Positions 46,036-57,497 are shown, numbered from the stretch's first letter. The stretch is 64,000 nt of DNA from Candidatus Saccharimonadales bacterium (GCA_038209015.1 JBBQYC010000001.1:18974-82973), one strand, 5' to 3'. The notes: generated from the letters alone by a model not told the origin. Numbers and translations: made by a program.

Positions 46036-47790
46036 ATGGATGCGAAGGATGAGGTTAAACAGCGTTTGAGCATAGAAGACGTAATAGGCGAATACGTTCA
46101 GCTTAAGCGTGCCGGGCGTAATTTTAAGGGTTTGAGTCCGTTTGCAAACGAGAAAACACCGAGTTTTATTGTTAGTCCTGAGAAACAAATCTGGCATGAC
46201 TTCAGCACCAACCGTGGCGGCGATATATTTAGTTTTGTTATGCAGATGGAAGGGCTCGATTTTAAGGGCACACTTGAAATGCTAGCCCGCAAAGCTGGTG
46301 TTGAACTCGAACAATACCGGAGCGATACCAGCAACACACAGGTCAAAGAACGGCTGTATGCTGCGCTTGAACTTGCGACTAAGTTCTACCAAGTTCAATT
46401 CAAAAATAATAAAATAGCCCTGGATTATGTATTTAGGAATCGTCAATTCACCAAACAAGTTGTATTGGATTTTCGTCTAGGCTACGCTCCCAATACGGGT
46501 AATGCTCTCGGTAAGTTTTTAGTCGATAAAGGGTTTACGACCAAGGAATTGCAGCAAGCCGGTTTATTATCTCGGACTTCACGAGCCGGCGACATGTTCC
46601 GAAATCGTCTGATGGTGCCGCTCATGGACGGGCAGGGTCGCGTAATCGGATTTACGGCCCGTTTGCTGGCCGATGATCCGAATGCTCCGAAATACATCAA
46701 CACGCCGCAGACGATGTTATATGACAAAAGTCGGCACGTTTTTGGACTGCACCTCGCTAAAGAGTCGATGCGTAAAGAAAAATTCACCGTTGTTGTTGAG
46801 GGAAACTTAGATGTTATTGCGAGTCATCAGGTAGATGTAAAAAATGTCGTGGCCACCGCTGGTACGGCGATGACCGAACAACATCTGAAAACCGTCGGAC
46901 GGTTCGCGGATGACGTGCGACTAAGCTTTGATAGTGACAGCGCTGGCCTGGCGGCAACCGAACGGGCGATTCCTATAGCTAGTAAAGTCGGGGTCACCCT
47001 CAGTATCATTACCTTACCCGGCGCAAAAGACCCCGATGAACTAATCAAACAAGATGTTGGTGCCTGGAAAAAGGCATTAGAAAAGCGGCAGTACGCTATG
47101 GATTGGCTGATAAGTCATTATGCACATCAATTAGATTTAGACAGTGGGCAGGGAAAGCGGAGTTTTAGCGACGCAATGTTGCCGACATTACGCGAGCTAA
47201 GTGATCCGGTAGAACAGGACCACTACTTAACTGAAGTCGCCAAGCGCATGCAAGTTAGTCCAGCGGCTCTCAAGGATAAACTGCAAACTGATACACCTCA
47301 ACCAAAACTGAAAAAACGAACTCCATCAGATAACATGGTAAGCCAGCAGCAACTTGAACATGCCAAGGTCCAAGATCATTTTATGTCTATGATGCTGATG
47401 AGACCGCATCTGCGGCACATGATAGATATTGTCGATAGCTCAATGCTGCTGCAAGAACAAGCCCAGCAGTTGTTGGATTTTTTGATAGGTCATCCAGATT
47501 TTGAAGGTGATATGCGTCAGGTACCGGTGTTGCAAAGTATTAGTGACTATGTCAAAATACTGTCATTACAGTACGAGGCACTGTTTTCTAAGCTCGATGA
47601 AGTCGAAGGACGCTATGAAGCTCGCCGACTCAGAGCCCGCCTCATTGAACTATATGTAAAATCCAAAAAAGCACAGTTGGCCCAAGCATTGGACTCAGCT
47701 GATGATGAAACAGCCCAAAAACTCCTCACAAGAGTAAAAGAACTCGATCAATTACTAAAGGTTAGTCAAGGAAAGGACACCCATGCCTAA
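46036..47790 (+). CDS. dnaG: DNA primase
   Basis: CHC2 zinc finger region ([11 protein letters not shown]) and TOPRIM motifs (EGNLDV; DSDSAG). Confidence 0.9.
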   Translation: MDAKDEVKQRLSIEDVIGEYVQLKRAGRNFKGLSPFANEKTPSFIVSPEKQIWHDFSTNRGGDIFSFVMQMEGLDFKGTLEMLARKAGVELEQYRSDTSNTQVKERLYAALELATKFYQVQFKNNKIALDYVFRNRQFTKQVVLDFRLGYAPNTGNALGKFLVDKGFTTKELQQAGLLSRTSRAGDMFRNRLMVPLMDGQGRVIGFTARLLADDPNAPKYINTPQTMLYDKSRHVFGLHLAKESMRKEKFTVVVEGNLDVIASHQVDVKNVVATAGTAMTEQHLKTVGRFADDVRLSFDSDSAGLAATERAIPIASKVGVTLSIITLPGAKDPDELIKQDVGAWKKALEKRQYAMDWLISHYAHQLDLDSGQGKRSFSDAMLPTLRELSDPVEQDHYLTEVAKRMQVSPAALKDKLQTDTPQPKLKKRTPSDNMVSQQQLEHAKVQDHFMSMMLMRPHLRHMIDIVDSSMLLQEQAQQLLDFLIGHPDFEGDMRQVPVLQSISDYVKILSLQYEALFSKLDEVEGRYEARRLRARLIELYVKSKKAQLAQALDSADDETAQKLLTRVKELDQLLKVSQGKDTHA

Positions 47791-48904
47791 GAAGAAAGCA
47801 GCGAAAGCTGTCGAAGCGGAAACGAAAGCAAACCCAGCAGATATTAAAGAGCAACTGCTAAAACGAGCAAAAAAAGACAAGAAAATATCTCAAAAAGATA
47901 TTCTCACCGCTCTGCCAGAAAACTCTGATAACGCGGAAGCGCTTGATGAGCTGTATACGGACCTAGCAGATTTGAATATTGACGTCGTTGAAGGCAAGGC
48001 CGGCAAAGATGACGGCTGGTCAAATGAAGACGACGATGAAGTTACCATAGACGAAAACACCTATCTTGATGATATTGCAGACGACTCGGTTCGTTTGTAC
48101 TTGCGTGAAATCGGTAAAATCCCACTACTGACAGCTGAAGAAGAATTGGCGCTGGCTCAAAAAGTTGTATCCGGCGACAAGCGCGCAAAAGACCAAATGG
48201 CAGAGGCTAATATGCGGCTGGTGGTAAGTATTGCAAAGCGTTACGTTGGACGTGGACTTGACCTGCTGGATTTGATTCAAGAGGGGAACACTGGCTTACT
48301 CCGCGCTGTTGAAAAGTTTGATCCGGATAAAGGATTTAAGTTCAGTACCTATGCAACATGGTGGATTCGCCAGGCTATCACGCGTGCGATTGCCGACCAA
48401 GCACGAACTATTCGTATCCCGGTGCACATGGTAGAAACAATCAACAAACTACTACGAACACAGCGCCGTCTGACTCAGGATCTCAACCGCGAACCAACCA
48501 ATGAAGAAATCGCAGCCGAAATGGAGATTGAAGTCGATAAAGTTGAACACATCATGAAGATTAAGCAAGATATTTCTAGTCTTGATGCCAGTGTTCGTGA
48601 TGACGAAGAAGATTCTGTATTGGCAGATTTCATCGAAGATGAAGATACAATTACGCCTGAAGAATCGGCGACTGGTCAGCTGCTAAAAGAACACGTCAAA
48701 GAAATGCTGAGCGCACTGACAGAACGTGAGCAAAAAATATTAAAGCTCCGTTTTGGTCTTGAGGACGGTAAAAGCCATACACTTGAAGAAGTCGGGCAGG
48801 AGTTCATGGTAACCCGCGAACGAATTCGTCAGATAGAAGCGAAAGCACTTGCTAAACTGCGCAAACACAAAGACAGCCGCAAACTCCACGACTATATTAA
48901 ATAA
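47783..48904 (+). CDS. rpoD: RNA polymerase sigma factor RpoD (primary sigma-70)
   Basis: Regions 1.2-4 ([16 protein letters not shown]; [18 protein letters not shown]; rpoD box). 8-nt overlap with dnaG. Confidence 0.9.
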   Translation: MPKKKAAKAVEAETKANPADIKEQLLKRAKKDKKISQKDILTALPENSDNAEALDELYTDLADLNIDVVEGKAGKDDGWSNEDDDEVTIDENTYLDDIADDSVRLYLREIGKIPLLTAEEELALAQKVVSGDKRAKDQMAEANMRLVVSIAKRYVGRGLDLLDLIQEGNTGLLRAVEKFDPDKGFKFSTYATWWIRQAITRAIADQARTIRIPVHMVETINKLLRTQRRLTQDLNREPTNEEIAAEMEIEVDKVEHIMKIKQDISSLDASVRDDEEDSVLADFIEDEDTITPEESATGQLLKEHVKEMLSALTEREQKILKLRFGLEDGKSHTLEEVGQEFMVTRERIRQIEAKALAKLRKHKDSRKLHDYIK

Positions 48905-48968
48905 AATCACGCTCAACTTGAATATAGGTAATCGATTATGTGCCCTGTAAGTAGTGGTAGGTTAAACT

Positions 48969-50444
48969 ATGGCAGTGAGTAAAGACATCATTATTATTGG
49001 TGCCGGGTTTGGTGGATTAAGCGCAGCAGCGTATTTGGCGCGCGCCGGACATAATGTAACGGTGCTTGAGAAAAACGATCGCCCGGGTGGGCGAGCGATG
49101 GTATTTTCTGCGCGCGGTTACGTCTTTGATCAAGGTCCATCCTGGTACCTTATGCCGGATGTGTTTGATGAATTCTTCGCTGATTTTGAAAAAGTAACCA
49201 GCGACTACTATGAGCTAGAAACACTTGAGCCATCATATAAAGTCTTTGAGAAGGATGATTCCTACAATGTAACGACTGCACCGTCAGTATTTACATTATT
49301 CGAAAAACTAGAACCCGGTTCCACCAAGTCAATTACTCGATTACTGGAAAAAACCAAATCAGAGTACGATGCGGTAAGAGCCGGGCTACTGATAAACTCG
49401 CAATTGAGCCCTCTCAGTTTGTTAAGAGAACCAAAGGTTCGAAAACTTCTGAAAAACACCGAATTAGTTCGATCATATCATTCACGTATTTCTAAATATG
49501 CAAAAACCGACAAGCTCCAACATATTCTAGAATTTATGACGGTATTTTTAGGCGGGAGTCCCGGTAATGTTCCCGCAATGTATAGTTTGCTTACTCATGT
49601 CGATCTAGGTTTGGGTGTGAGGTATCCAGCCGGCGGTATCGGGAGTGTGGTATCGGCATTTGTTAGGCTTGTCCAAGAGCAGGGAGCACGTATCCGCTAC
49701 GAATCACCGGTTGCTCGCATTACGACTCATAACGGTAAAACAACCGGGGTTATATTGGAAAACGGCACAGAATTACCAGCTGATATAGTGGTCGCTAATG
49801 CAGATTACCATCATGTTGAAACAACTATGCTCGGTAGTAAAGATAGAACATACGATGAAACGTACTGGCGCAAAAAAACTGTTTCGCCATCAGGTCTTCT
49901 GATATATCTTGGCGTGAATAAAAAAATACCAAGTCTGCAGCATCACAATTTGTTTTTTGATACAGACTGGGACCATCACTTCAGAGAAGTATTCAATCGT
50001 AAAAAATGGTCGTCGGAACCATTATTTTATGTATGCATGCCATCCCGGAGTGATAAAACTGTCGCTCCAAAAGGGAAAGAAAACTTGTTTGTGTTGGCAC
50101 CTATGGCTAGTGGAGTCCAACCAACTCAGACCGAAATTGATACAACCGTCAAGAGCATTTTAAGGCGAATTGAACGGCATAGTGGTACAGTTTTTCAGGA
50201 TAAAATCGAGGTACAAGAAGTTCGAACACAAGCATACTTCGAGGAAGCATTTAATGCGTACCAAGGTAATGCATTTGGGCTTGCTCATACACTCAGTCAA
50301 TCGGGGCCATTACGGCCACGTATGAAAAGTAAAAAAGTAGCCGGACTGTACTATGTTGGCCAGTACACAAACCCAGGAACTGGAGTACCACTGGTTGTAC
50401 TGTCCGGCAAAGCTGTGAGTAATCTGATTCAAACTCATGAGTAA
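48969..50444 (+). CDS. crtN: phytoene/diapophytoene desaturase family FAD oxidoreductase (CrtI/CrtN-like)
   Basis: IIIGAGFGGLSAA...GGR dinucleotide motif. Pattern DQGPSWYLMPDVF as in CrtN/CrtI. Confidence 0.75.
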   Translation: MAVSKDIIIIGAGFGGLSAAAYLARAGHNVTVLEKNDRPGGRAMVFSARGYVFDQGPSWYLMPDVFDEFFADFEKVTSDYYELETLEPSYKVFEKDDSYNVTTAPSVFTLFEKLEPGSTKSITRLLEKTKSEYDAVRAGLLINSQLSPLSLLREPKVRKLLKNTELVRSYHSRISKYAKTDKLQHILEFMTVFLGGSPGNVPAMYSLLTHVDLGLGVRYPAGGIGSVVSAFVRLVQEQGARIRYESPVARITTHNGKTTGVILENGTELPADIVVANADYHHVETTMLGSKDRTYDETYWRKKTVSPSGLLIYLGVNKKIPSLQHHNLFFDTDWDHHFREVFNRKKWSSEPLFYVCMPSRSDKTVAPKGKENLFVLAPMASGVQPTQTEIDTTVKSILRRIERHSGTVFQDKIEVQEVRTQAYFEEAFNAYQGNAFGLAHTLSQSGPLRPRMKSKKVAGLYYVGQYTNPGTGVPLVVLSGKAVSNLIQTHE

Positions 50445-51285
50445 GCAGCTTGAAAAACAAATATTTCGCAACGGTAGTACAACGTACTACTGGAGCAGTG
50501 TATTTTTCCCAAAACAGGAGCGGTCTGATATTTTTCGTTTGTATAGTTTTGTTCGGGTTGCTGATGATTACGTAGATGCAATCCCGCAGCAAAAAGAACA
50601 GTTTAACGATCTGGTGCGGTTATGGCAAACGGTTTCAGCAGATACGACATATACACTTACGCCAAATGATGGTGACTCAATCGATTTGAGAGTGGTCAAA
50701 AATATAGTTTATTTGCAGCGCAATAAAGGCATTAAAAAAGAGTGGGTCGAGGCATTCATAAAAGCTATGCAATCCGATACTAAGCTGCATACATATAAAA
50801 CGATCGACGATTCACTGGCATATGTATATGGCTCTGCCGAGGTCATCGGTTTAATGATGTGCCAGGTTCTCGGTATTCCAAAGCAAGCTCACAAAGCAGC
50901 TATGATGCAGGGGAGGGCAATGCAGTGGATTAATTTTATTCGTGATATTGACGAAGACAATCGACTTGGCCGCCAGTATTTTCCGCAATTCAGTTTAAAT
51001 GAGCACGGCCTCGAAAATCTTACCTCACCTGATCAGGAAGAACGTATAAATACATTTATTCGCTCGGAAATTACACGCTACAGTGAATGGCAAGAGCGGG
51101 CTTACGAAGGCTACAGATATATCCCAAGACGTTACCAAATACCTATTGCGACAGCAGCCGATATGTACAACTGGACTGCGCATCAGATTAATAAAAATCC
51201 ATCAATCGTTTTTACTAAAAAACTTAAACCAAGTCGGTTTCGAGTCCTCATTACCGTCTTAAAACATAGTTTGCGAGCTATATAG
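50437..51285 (+). CDS. crtM: squalene/phytoene synthase family (CrtM/CrtB-like)
   Basis: YSFVRVADDYVD and IRDIDEDNRLGRQYFP Asp-rich motifs. 8-nt overlap with the desaturase. Confidence 0.75.
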   Translation: MSKQLEKQIFRNGSTTYYWSSVFFPKQERSDIFRLYSFVRVADDYVDAIPQQKEQFNDLVRLWQTVSADTTYTLTPNDGDSIDLRVVKNIVYLQRNKGIKKEWVEAFIKAMQSDTKLHTYKTIDDSLAYVYGSAEVIGLMMCQVLGIPKQAHKAAMMQGRAMQWINFIRDIDEDNRLGRQYFPQFSLNEHGLENLTSPDQEERINTFIRSEITRYSEWQERAYEGYRYIPRRYQIPIATAADMYNWTAHQINKNPSIVFTKKLKPSRFRVLITVLKHSLRAI

Positions 51286-51315
51286 CCGTTCGCTTATTTT
51301 CAGGTAGTCTACAGG

Positions 51316-51903
51316 TTACTTCTGTTCTATGTCGAGTTTTGCTAGCAATGTATCTAATGATCTCAAGAGTGTATCAACAGAACCATCATTAACGAATGTA
51401 TAATCAGCGAATGCAATCGGTCCGCCTTGCTCCAGGTTTTCAATCTGAGCAATATCGCGATTCATAATTTGTTCCGCCGAGGTGTATTTGCGGTGGCTAT
51501 CTACTCGATTTAAAATCCGTTGATATCGCTCTAAACGAGGTGCAGTAACGGCGATAAGCAGTAAATCGTCACCAATTTTGTTATGCAGATAGTTCCGCTC
51601 GCTCCAGCTATACAGGCCGTCGAACACAACCGTTGTGTGTCCCTCATTAAAATATTTATTTGCTTTTCGTAAAGCGTGTTTGGCAAGCACGGCTGTACCA
51701 TCTTGCTTGCGCATGTCTTCGCGAACAAAAGCTTCATCGGCAACGTTATCTAATCCGCGGCGTTGCACTTCTTCGTATACCATAGTCCCGAAATGGACCA
51801 CCGGAAGCTTATAGGCAGTTTCAATATGATTAGTACAGGTTCCTTTTCCTGAACCCGGCATCCCCACAAAAGCTATTATTCTATTCCTCTTCACGCAAGT
51901 CAT
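51316..51903 (-). CDS. P-loop nucleoside/nucleotide kinase-like protein
   Basis: Walker A GMPGSGKGT. Size ~195 aa. Confidence 0.5.
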   Translation of the reverse strand: MTCVKRNRIIAFVGMPGSGKGTCTNHIETAYKLPVVHFGTMVYEEVQRRGLDNVADEAFVREDMRKQDGTAVLAKHALRKANKYFNEGHTTVVFDGLYSWSERNYLHNKIGDDLLLIAVTAPRLERYQRILNRVDSHRKYTSAEQIMNRDIAQIENLEQGGPIAFADYTFVNDGSVDTLLRSLDTLLAKLDIEQK

Positions 51904-51963
51904 TGTAACGCGACTTCAAAAAAAGTGAGAACATTTGTAACCGGCGTATACTAGAAGCCACGT

Positions 51964-53073
51964 ATGACTAAAAAAATTGATACTGCAAACCCGGATATTG
52001 CCGTTTTTACGCGCAAACTTAACGAATTTAAACAGTTGATAGACGCTGATATTTCCACTTACAGCCGTCAGATTACTAAAAACACAAGAAAACAGTACGG
52101 CCCATATGCCCAGATTGAAATAGACGCATTCTTGAGTATTTTAGGACGCGGTGGTAAACGCATTCGCGGAGCACTCGTCATGCTGGGTTATGAGATGAGT
52201 GGTGGTACGAACAAAGCTATGATTATTGAAGCAGCTCGGGTGGTCGAAATGATTCATGCGTATATTCTAATCATTGATGATATCCAGGACCGTTCTAGGA
52301 TACGCCGCGGAGGTCCGGCTGCACATATGCTTTTGAGCGAATACCATAGTCAGCACAGCCTATCTAGTAATAGTGATCACTTTGGTATTTCTATTGCTAT
52401 GAACAGTGCACTTGCCGGAGCCCACGCTGCTCAAATGCTACTCACTAACTTGGACGTCGATCAGCAGCTGCGCCTGAATACAATAGCTATACTCAACCGA
52501 ACTATGCTGGTAACGGCACACGGACAGACCAATGACATCATGAACGAGGTGTTAGCAGAAGTGAGCCAAAAAGATATCGAAACAGTTTTAGAGTGGAAGA
52601 CTGCGCACTATACGTTTTTAAATCCACTGCACATGGGTATGGTGCTAGCTGGTGCGGATTGTGATGCTACTGATGCCATAAGCAACTATGCAATTCATGC
52701 CGGGAAAGCATTTCAAATTACCGACGATATCCTAGGTGTTTTTGGGAATGAATTTGAAAGTGGCAAATCACCACTGGATGATATACGCGAAGGCAAGCGT
52801 ACCGTGTTGACTGTCAATGCTCTTGAAAACACTGATGACGGGAATAAAAACTTTCTTATTCAAATGTTAGGGAACGACCATTTAACACGCGCTGAATTTG
52901 ACCGTTGCAAAGACATAATTATAGAAGCCGGGTCGCTCGATTATGCAAAGAAACGAGCCATACATCACATTAATCAGGCTGTTGAATCGCTGGATGGTGT
53001 GGACTATTGGTCAGAGGACGGATTGGCATTTTTACGCGGCTTAGCAGTATCACTGCTCAATCGTCATAGCTAG
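51964..53073 (+). CDS. polyprenyl diphosphate synthase (FPP/GGPP synthase family)
   Basis: First DDxxD (LIIDDIQD) and second (FQITDDILG) Asp-rich motifs. Confidence 0.8.
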   Translation: MTKKIDTANPDIAVFTRKLNEFKQLIDADISTYSRQITKNTRKQYGPYAQIEIDAFLSILGRGGKRIRGALVMLGYEMSGGTNKAMIIEAARVVEMIHAYILIIDDIQDRSRIRRGGPAAHMLLSEYHSQHSLSSNSDHFGISIAMNSALAGAHAAQMLLTNLDVDQQLRLNTIAILNRTMLVTAHGQTNDIMNEVLAEVSQKDIETVLEWKTAHYTFLNPLHMGMVLAGADCDATDAISNYAIHAGKAFQITDDILGVFGNEFESGKSPLDDIREGKRTVLTVNALENTDDGNKNFLIQMLGNDHLTRAEFDRCKDIIIEAGSLDYAKKRAIHHINQAVESLDGVDYWSEDGLAFLRGLAVSLLNRHS

Positions 53074-53094
53074 TCTTTCATCTTTGACCTAGAT

Positions 53095-54255
53095 GTGTTT
53101 AACTTTGCGTTGATGAATAGAGATACGGAAATATTTGAACAGCTGCCCGACTTCGAGCGGGGTATTGAAATTGAACAACCGCCAGTTAAATCGGTAACTC
53201 TTGAAGAGGTGCAAACCTTGCTGCGCGAACGTCATAAGTTAGGCTCACGTCAGGGTCATATTCTGACATTAGAGCAAGAATGTACTCTCGCTCAAGCTAT
53301 AGAAAAAGGTTCGGCGGCATCTGAATGGCTAACTGATGAAACGATGGAGTTACCTGAAGAAGAGACTGAAGTGCTCCAAAAGTGGGTGAAAGCACGAGAA
53401 GAATCAGTCGCTGAATTCATTGCATCCAATCAAGGACTCGTGACCATGATAGCCAAGCGTTACATGAACCGAGGTTTACCGTTAGAAGATCTCATACAAG
53501 AAGGAAATATTGGCCTATTAACTGCGGTCGAGAAATACGACTGGAGGCGAGGGTTTCGTTTCAATACAATGGCGTTTTGGTGGATTCGCCAAGCAATTCC
53601 TAGAAAATTAACCCTTGCTGGCAATGTAAATATCCCACCCCGTGCAAATGATTTGAAACGCCAGGTAAAACGATTTATGGCTGATTATCCAACCAGCAGC
53701 CAGCAGGATGCCTATGAGTTTTTAGGTTTATCTGACTCTGACCAGGAATCTGTAGAGGCGGCTTTAGCAATGAGCAGTCTGGCATCACTGAACAAGCGAG
53801 TCGGTGATGACCTTTTCGGTAGTGAGCAGCAAGATTTTGTTGCAGACAGCAGTGCGTCAGTTGAACACATGGTGACTGATCTATACATGAATGATGAGAT
53901 TAATAGCTTACTCCATACTTTAGGCGAAAAACACAGGCAAGCGATTATTTTGCGTTTTGGTCTAGGAGAAGAACAAGGCAGAAGTTACGAGGCAGCGGCT
54001 GAAGTAATGGGGGTGGCGGCTAGCACGTTCAAGGGTATTGTAAACTCGGCACTGGATCAGCTCCAGGAAAAAGCCAAACAGGACCCTGATTTTACACCAG
54101 AAAAAAAGACAGAGCCGGTCTCGATGTACGAAATATCAGCCGATGAAGCTATGCGTATGGTACGTCAGTACAGTGAACTACTCGGATATTCTGCCCAGCA
54201 GATAGCTAGTATGCTGGATATCCCTCTGGAAGATGTTGAGAACTACTTAAGCTAA
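53095..54255 (+). CDS. sigma-70 family RNA polymerase sigma factor (second RpoD-like paralog)
   Basis: Region 2 (DLIQEGNIGLLTAVEKYD...FWWIRQAI) and region 4 HTH present. Confidence 0.75.
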   Translation: MFNFALMNRDTEIFEQLPDFERGIEIEQPPVKSVTLEEVQTLLRERHKLGSRQGHILTLEQECTLAQAIEKGSAASEWLTDETMELPEEETEVLQKWVKAREESVAEFIASNQGLVTMIAKRYMNRGLPLEDLIQEGNIGLLTAVEKYDWRRGFRFNTMAFWWIRQAIPRKLTLAGNVNIPPRANDLKRQVKRFMADYPTSSQQDAYEFLGLSDSDQESVEAALAMSSLASLNKRVGDDLFGSEQQDFVADSSASVEHMVTDLYMNDEINSLLHTLGEKHRQAIILRFGLGEEQGRSYEAAAEVMGVAASTFKGIVNSALDQLQEKAKQDPDFTPEKKTEPVSMYEISADEAMRMVRQYSELLGYSAQQIASMLDIPLEDVENYLS

Positions 54256-54287
54256 CTCCTTAGAATCTTTAGCGTATACTGTACCCA

Positions 54288-56927
54288 ATGGCAGTCGCGC
54301 GTAAAAAATTTGTAATTATCGACGGGAAATCGGTCTTTTACCGTGGGTACTACGCCATGCCCGGGTTGAGTACAAATGATGGCACGCCCACAGGAGGAGT
54401 TTATGGGTTTGCGGTTATGGCGCTCGAAGTCCTCAAGCGTCTCAAACCAGACTACGTCTGCGTTGCATGGGACAAGCCTAAAACGAATATTCGTAAACGG
54501 ACTGACTTATATCCAGAGTACAAGGCCGGTCGCAAATCACCACCGCAGGATTTTTATGATCAAATACCAATTCTTCACGAACTGCTAGATGCGTTCGGAT
54601 GGCCGCTGTATGAGCTTGACGACTATGAGGCCGACGACATCATGGCGACACTTGCCGATCAAGCCAAAGAGGAAGATATCGAAACAATGTTAATTACGAG
54701 CGATCTTGACGCTCTGCAGGCGGTAAATAGTCATACCCATGTTTACGCGCTTAAAAAAGGCTTGAGTAATATTGAATTATTTAAGCCAGAAAGTTTCAAA
54801 GAAAAGTATGGCTTAGAACCAAGTCAATTTCTAGATCTCAAGGCGCTCATGGGGGATAGCTCCGACAACATCCCGGGAGTTGCCGGAATTGGTAAAAAGG
54901 GTGCCACCGATTTACTTCAAGAATACGGCAGCCTGGATGCAATCTATGAAAACCTTGACCTGCTTAAAAATTCTGTGCGCAAAAAACTTGAAGACGGCCG
55001 CGACATGGCGTACTTGAGTAAACAATTAGCAACACTGTGGACTGACGCACCTATTAAACTCGATCTGAAGGCAGTTGACGGTAGTAAATGCGACCCGGTT
55101 AAGGTCAAGGAAGAGCTACAGAAGCTTGAATTTCGAACACTACTTCGTCAGTTGCCCGATGCGATGCAAATGAGCCAGGAGCAAGTTGAACAAAATAATA
55201 TTCAAGAATTCACGGTTTCAGAAACTGCCGCCCACGCAATTTCTAGCGACGCTGATCTAAAAAAGCTGGTTTCAAAAAAACCGACTGAACTCTATGTGTA
55301 TTCCCGGGCAGCAGGCACGTACGGCAATAAGCCGCTGGTGCTTCTCGTGAGTTTGGACGGCAAAAAAACCTATCATATTGATGTAACGAAGGTTTCGACG
55401 CCAGTTCTTAAAGAGCTATTTGCAGCCAAGCCGCAGCTGATTGGCTACGATATAAAATCTACACTCAAGGTACTTCTCGAACTTGGTATAGCCATGCCGC
55501 CAATTGGGCACGATGTCTTAATCGGTTCGTTCCTTATAAATAGCTTGCGGCGAGAAAAGACTTTGACTGAACTAGCGCAGGCAGACATAGGGTACCAAGG
55601 GGAGCTTGAAACCGTCGCCACAGATGAACTGATTGTAAAAGGCGCAGAAATAATTGAAGTTTTGCGAGCTCTTTATCTGCAACAGGCGACTGCTCTGGAA
55701 GAGCTTCCCAAGGTTCAGAAGCTGGCCGATGACATTGAGTGGCCAGTTATTCGAGTACTTGCTAGTATGGAGCACCGTGGTATCAAACTAGACACTGATT
55801 ACTTGGGTATGATGAGCGAACAATTGACTGATGCAGTTAGTGATCTAGAACAGCAAATTTACGGCTACGCAGACCAAGAATTCAATATCAGCAGCCCCAG
55901 CCAACTAGCTGAAATTTTATTCACCACGCTCAAGCTTCCAACCAATGGAATCAAAAAAGGTAAAACCGGGTACTCAACTGCCGCTTCAGAACTCGCAAAA
56001 TTACGGGGTGAACACGAAATTATTGATTTTATAAGTCAGTACCGGGAAGTTACGAAGCTGAAAAGCACTTACGTCGATACATTGCCGGAACTGGTAGATG
56101 ACAATTCACGCCTGCATACGACGTTTGCTTTAACAGTGGCGCAGACCGGCCGGCTCAGCAGCCATGATCCAAACCTGCAGAATATTCCTGTTCGCAGCGA
56201 GCTTGGCAAAAAAATTAGAACAGCATTTGTAGCAGGTGAGGGCAATGTATTTATTAGCGCAGATTATAGCCAGTTCGAACTCCGTTTGGCGGCGTACTTA
56301 TGTAATGACAAAGATTTGATAGATATGTTTAATCGGGATGTTGACGTACACGTTGCTACTGCTGCTGAGGTATATGAGCGCCGCCCTGAGGATATCACTA
56401 AGAATATGCGGCGTGATGCCAAGGTGGTAAATTTTGGGGTTATGTACGGACTGAGCTCGCACGGGCTAGTCCAGGCCACCGGTATGAGTTACGACCAAGC
56501 AACACACTTTATTAAGCGTTATTTTGAGGTCCGTCCCAAACTGCAGGGATATATTGATGAAATTAAAAAACAAGCCAAAGATGAGGGGTATGTAGAAACT
56601 ATTTTTGGTCGACGTCGCCCGACTCCAGATGTGCGCTCAAATGTATTTCCGATTCGCGAAGCCGCCTACCGGGCAGCCGTAAATATGCCGTTCCAGGGCA
56701 GTGCAGCCGATATTATGAAGCTTGCCATGGTGCAATTGCATGAGAAACTTCAGGGTACTGACTGTAATTTATTGCTGCAAATCCATGACAGCGTTATAGC
56801 TGAGTGTCCAGCCGGCCAAGCTGAAGTCTTCGCCACACTCATCAAAGAGACAATGGAGGGCGTTGTCAACTTACCAATCAAAATGACCGTAGACACCGAC
56901 ACAGGTAAAACTTGGGGTGAACTCTAG
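54288..56927 (+). CDS. polA: DNA polymerase I
   Basis: 5'-3' exonuclease N-terminus. Polymerase motifs A (DYSQFELR) and C (QIHDS) and O-helix region. Confidence 0.9.
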   Translation: MAVARKKFVIIDGKSVFYRGYYAMPGLSTNDGTPTGGVYGFAVMALEVLKRLKPDYVCVAWDKPKTNIRKRTDLYPEYKAGRKSPPQDFYDQIPILHELLDAFGWPLYELDDYEADDIMATLADQAKEEDIETMLITSDLDALQAVNSHTHVYALKKGLSNIELFKPESFKEKYGLEPSQFLDLKALMGDSSDNIPGVAGIGKKGATDLLQEYGSLDAIYENLDLLKNSVRKKLEDGRDMAYLSKQLATLWTDAPIKLDLKAVDGSKCDPVKVKEELQKLEFRTLLRQLPDAMQMSQEQVEQNNIQEFTVSETAAHAISSDADLKKLVSKKPTELYVYSRAAGTYGNKPLVLLVSLDGKKTYHIDVTKVSTPVLKELFAAKPQLIGYDIKSTLKVLLELGIAMPPIGHDVLIGSFLINSLRREKTLTELAQADIGYQGELETVATDELIVKGAEIIEVLRALYLQQATALEELPKVQKLADDIEWPVIRVLASMEHRGIKLDTDYLGMMSEQLTDAVSDLEQQIYGYADQEFNISSPSQLAEILFTTLKLPTNGIKKGKTGYSTAASELAKLRGEHEIIDFISQYREVTKLKSTYVDTLPELVDDNSRLHTTFALTVAQTGRLSSHDPNLQNIPVRSELGKKIRTAFVAGEGNVFISADYSQFELRLAAYLCNDKDLIDMFNRDVDVHVATAAEVYERRPEDITKNMRRDAKVVNFGVMYGLSSHGLVQATGMSYDQATHFIKRYFEVRPKLQGYIDEIKKQAKDEGYVETIFGRRRPTPDVRSNVFPIREAAYRAAVNMPFQGSAADIMKLAMVQLHEKLQGTDCNLLLQIHDSVIAECPAGQAEVFATLIKETMEGVVNLPIKMTVDTDTGKTWGEL

Positions 56928-56930
56928 ATT

Positions 56931-57497
56931 ATGAGTAAACCGGTACTGTTTATTACAGGGAAATCGCGAAAAATAATGCAGGCAGAAGCATGCCTAAAAA
57001 CATATGATATTGAAGTAGTATCCAAAGATGTTGAGGTTATTGAAATACAGTCCCACGATCCGCTAGACATCGTAAAGCATAAAGTCATTAGCGCCTATCA
57101 AATTACCCAAGAGCCTGTTGTGGTGTGTGATCATTTTTGGTCATTTCATGCTCTGAATGGATGGCCGGGCGGATACATGAAAGACATGAATCATTGGCTT
57201 GATGAAAAAGACTTTTTGAATCTTATGAAAGATAAAAAAGACAGACGAGTAACCTTCACAGAAGCAATTTCGTATACAGCGGACGGTATACGTACAGAAG
57301 TTTTCACGGCTCAATTCTCAGGAGCAGTGGTTACTGCTGCTAAAGGAACAGGCTATGTCCCAGCTGAGCGGGTGATTGTATTTGATGGTCAAACCAAGAC
57401 AATTGCAGAGCAAATTGACGCTGGTCATGATTCACGTAATATGAATGACTCAGCCTGGCATATGTTTGGTAGCTGGTACCAAGCGAACAAGGAGTAG
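56931..57497 (+). CDS. Ham1/RdgB-like non-canonical NTP pyrophosphatase family protein (divergent)
   Basis: Alignable to RdgB (LFITGKSRK vs LATGNVGK; NGWPGGYMK vs GGAPGIYSAR; GTGYVP vs GFGYDP). Starts 4 nt after polA. Confidence 0.5.
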   Translation: MSKPVLFITGKSRKIMQAEACLKTYDIEVVSKDVEVIEIQSHDPLDIVKHKVISAYQITQEPVVVCDHFWSFHALNGWPGGYMKDMNHWLDEKDFLNLMKDKKDRRVTFTEAISYTADGIRTEVFTAQFSGAVVTAAKGTGYVPAERVIVFDGQTKTIAEQIDAGHDSRNMNDSAWHMFGSWYQANKE

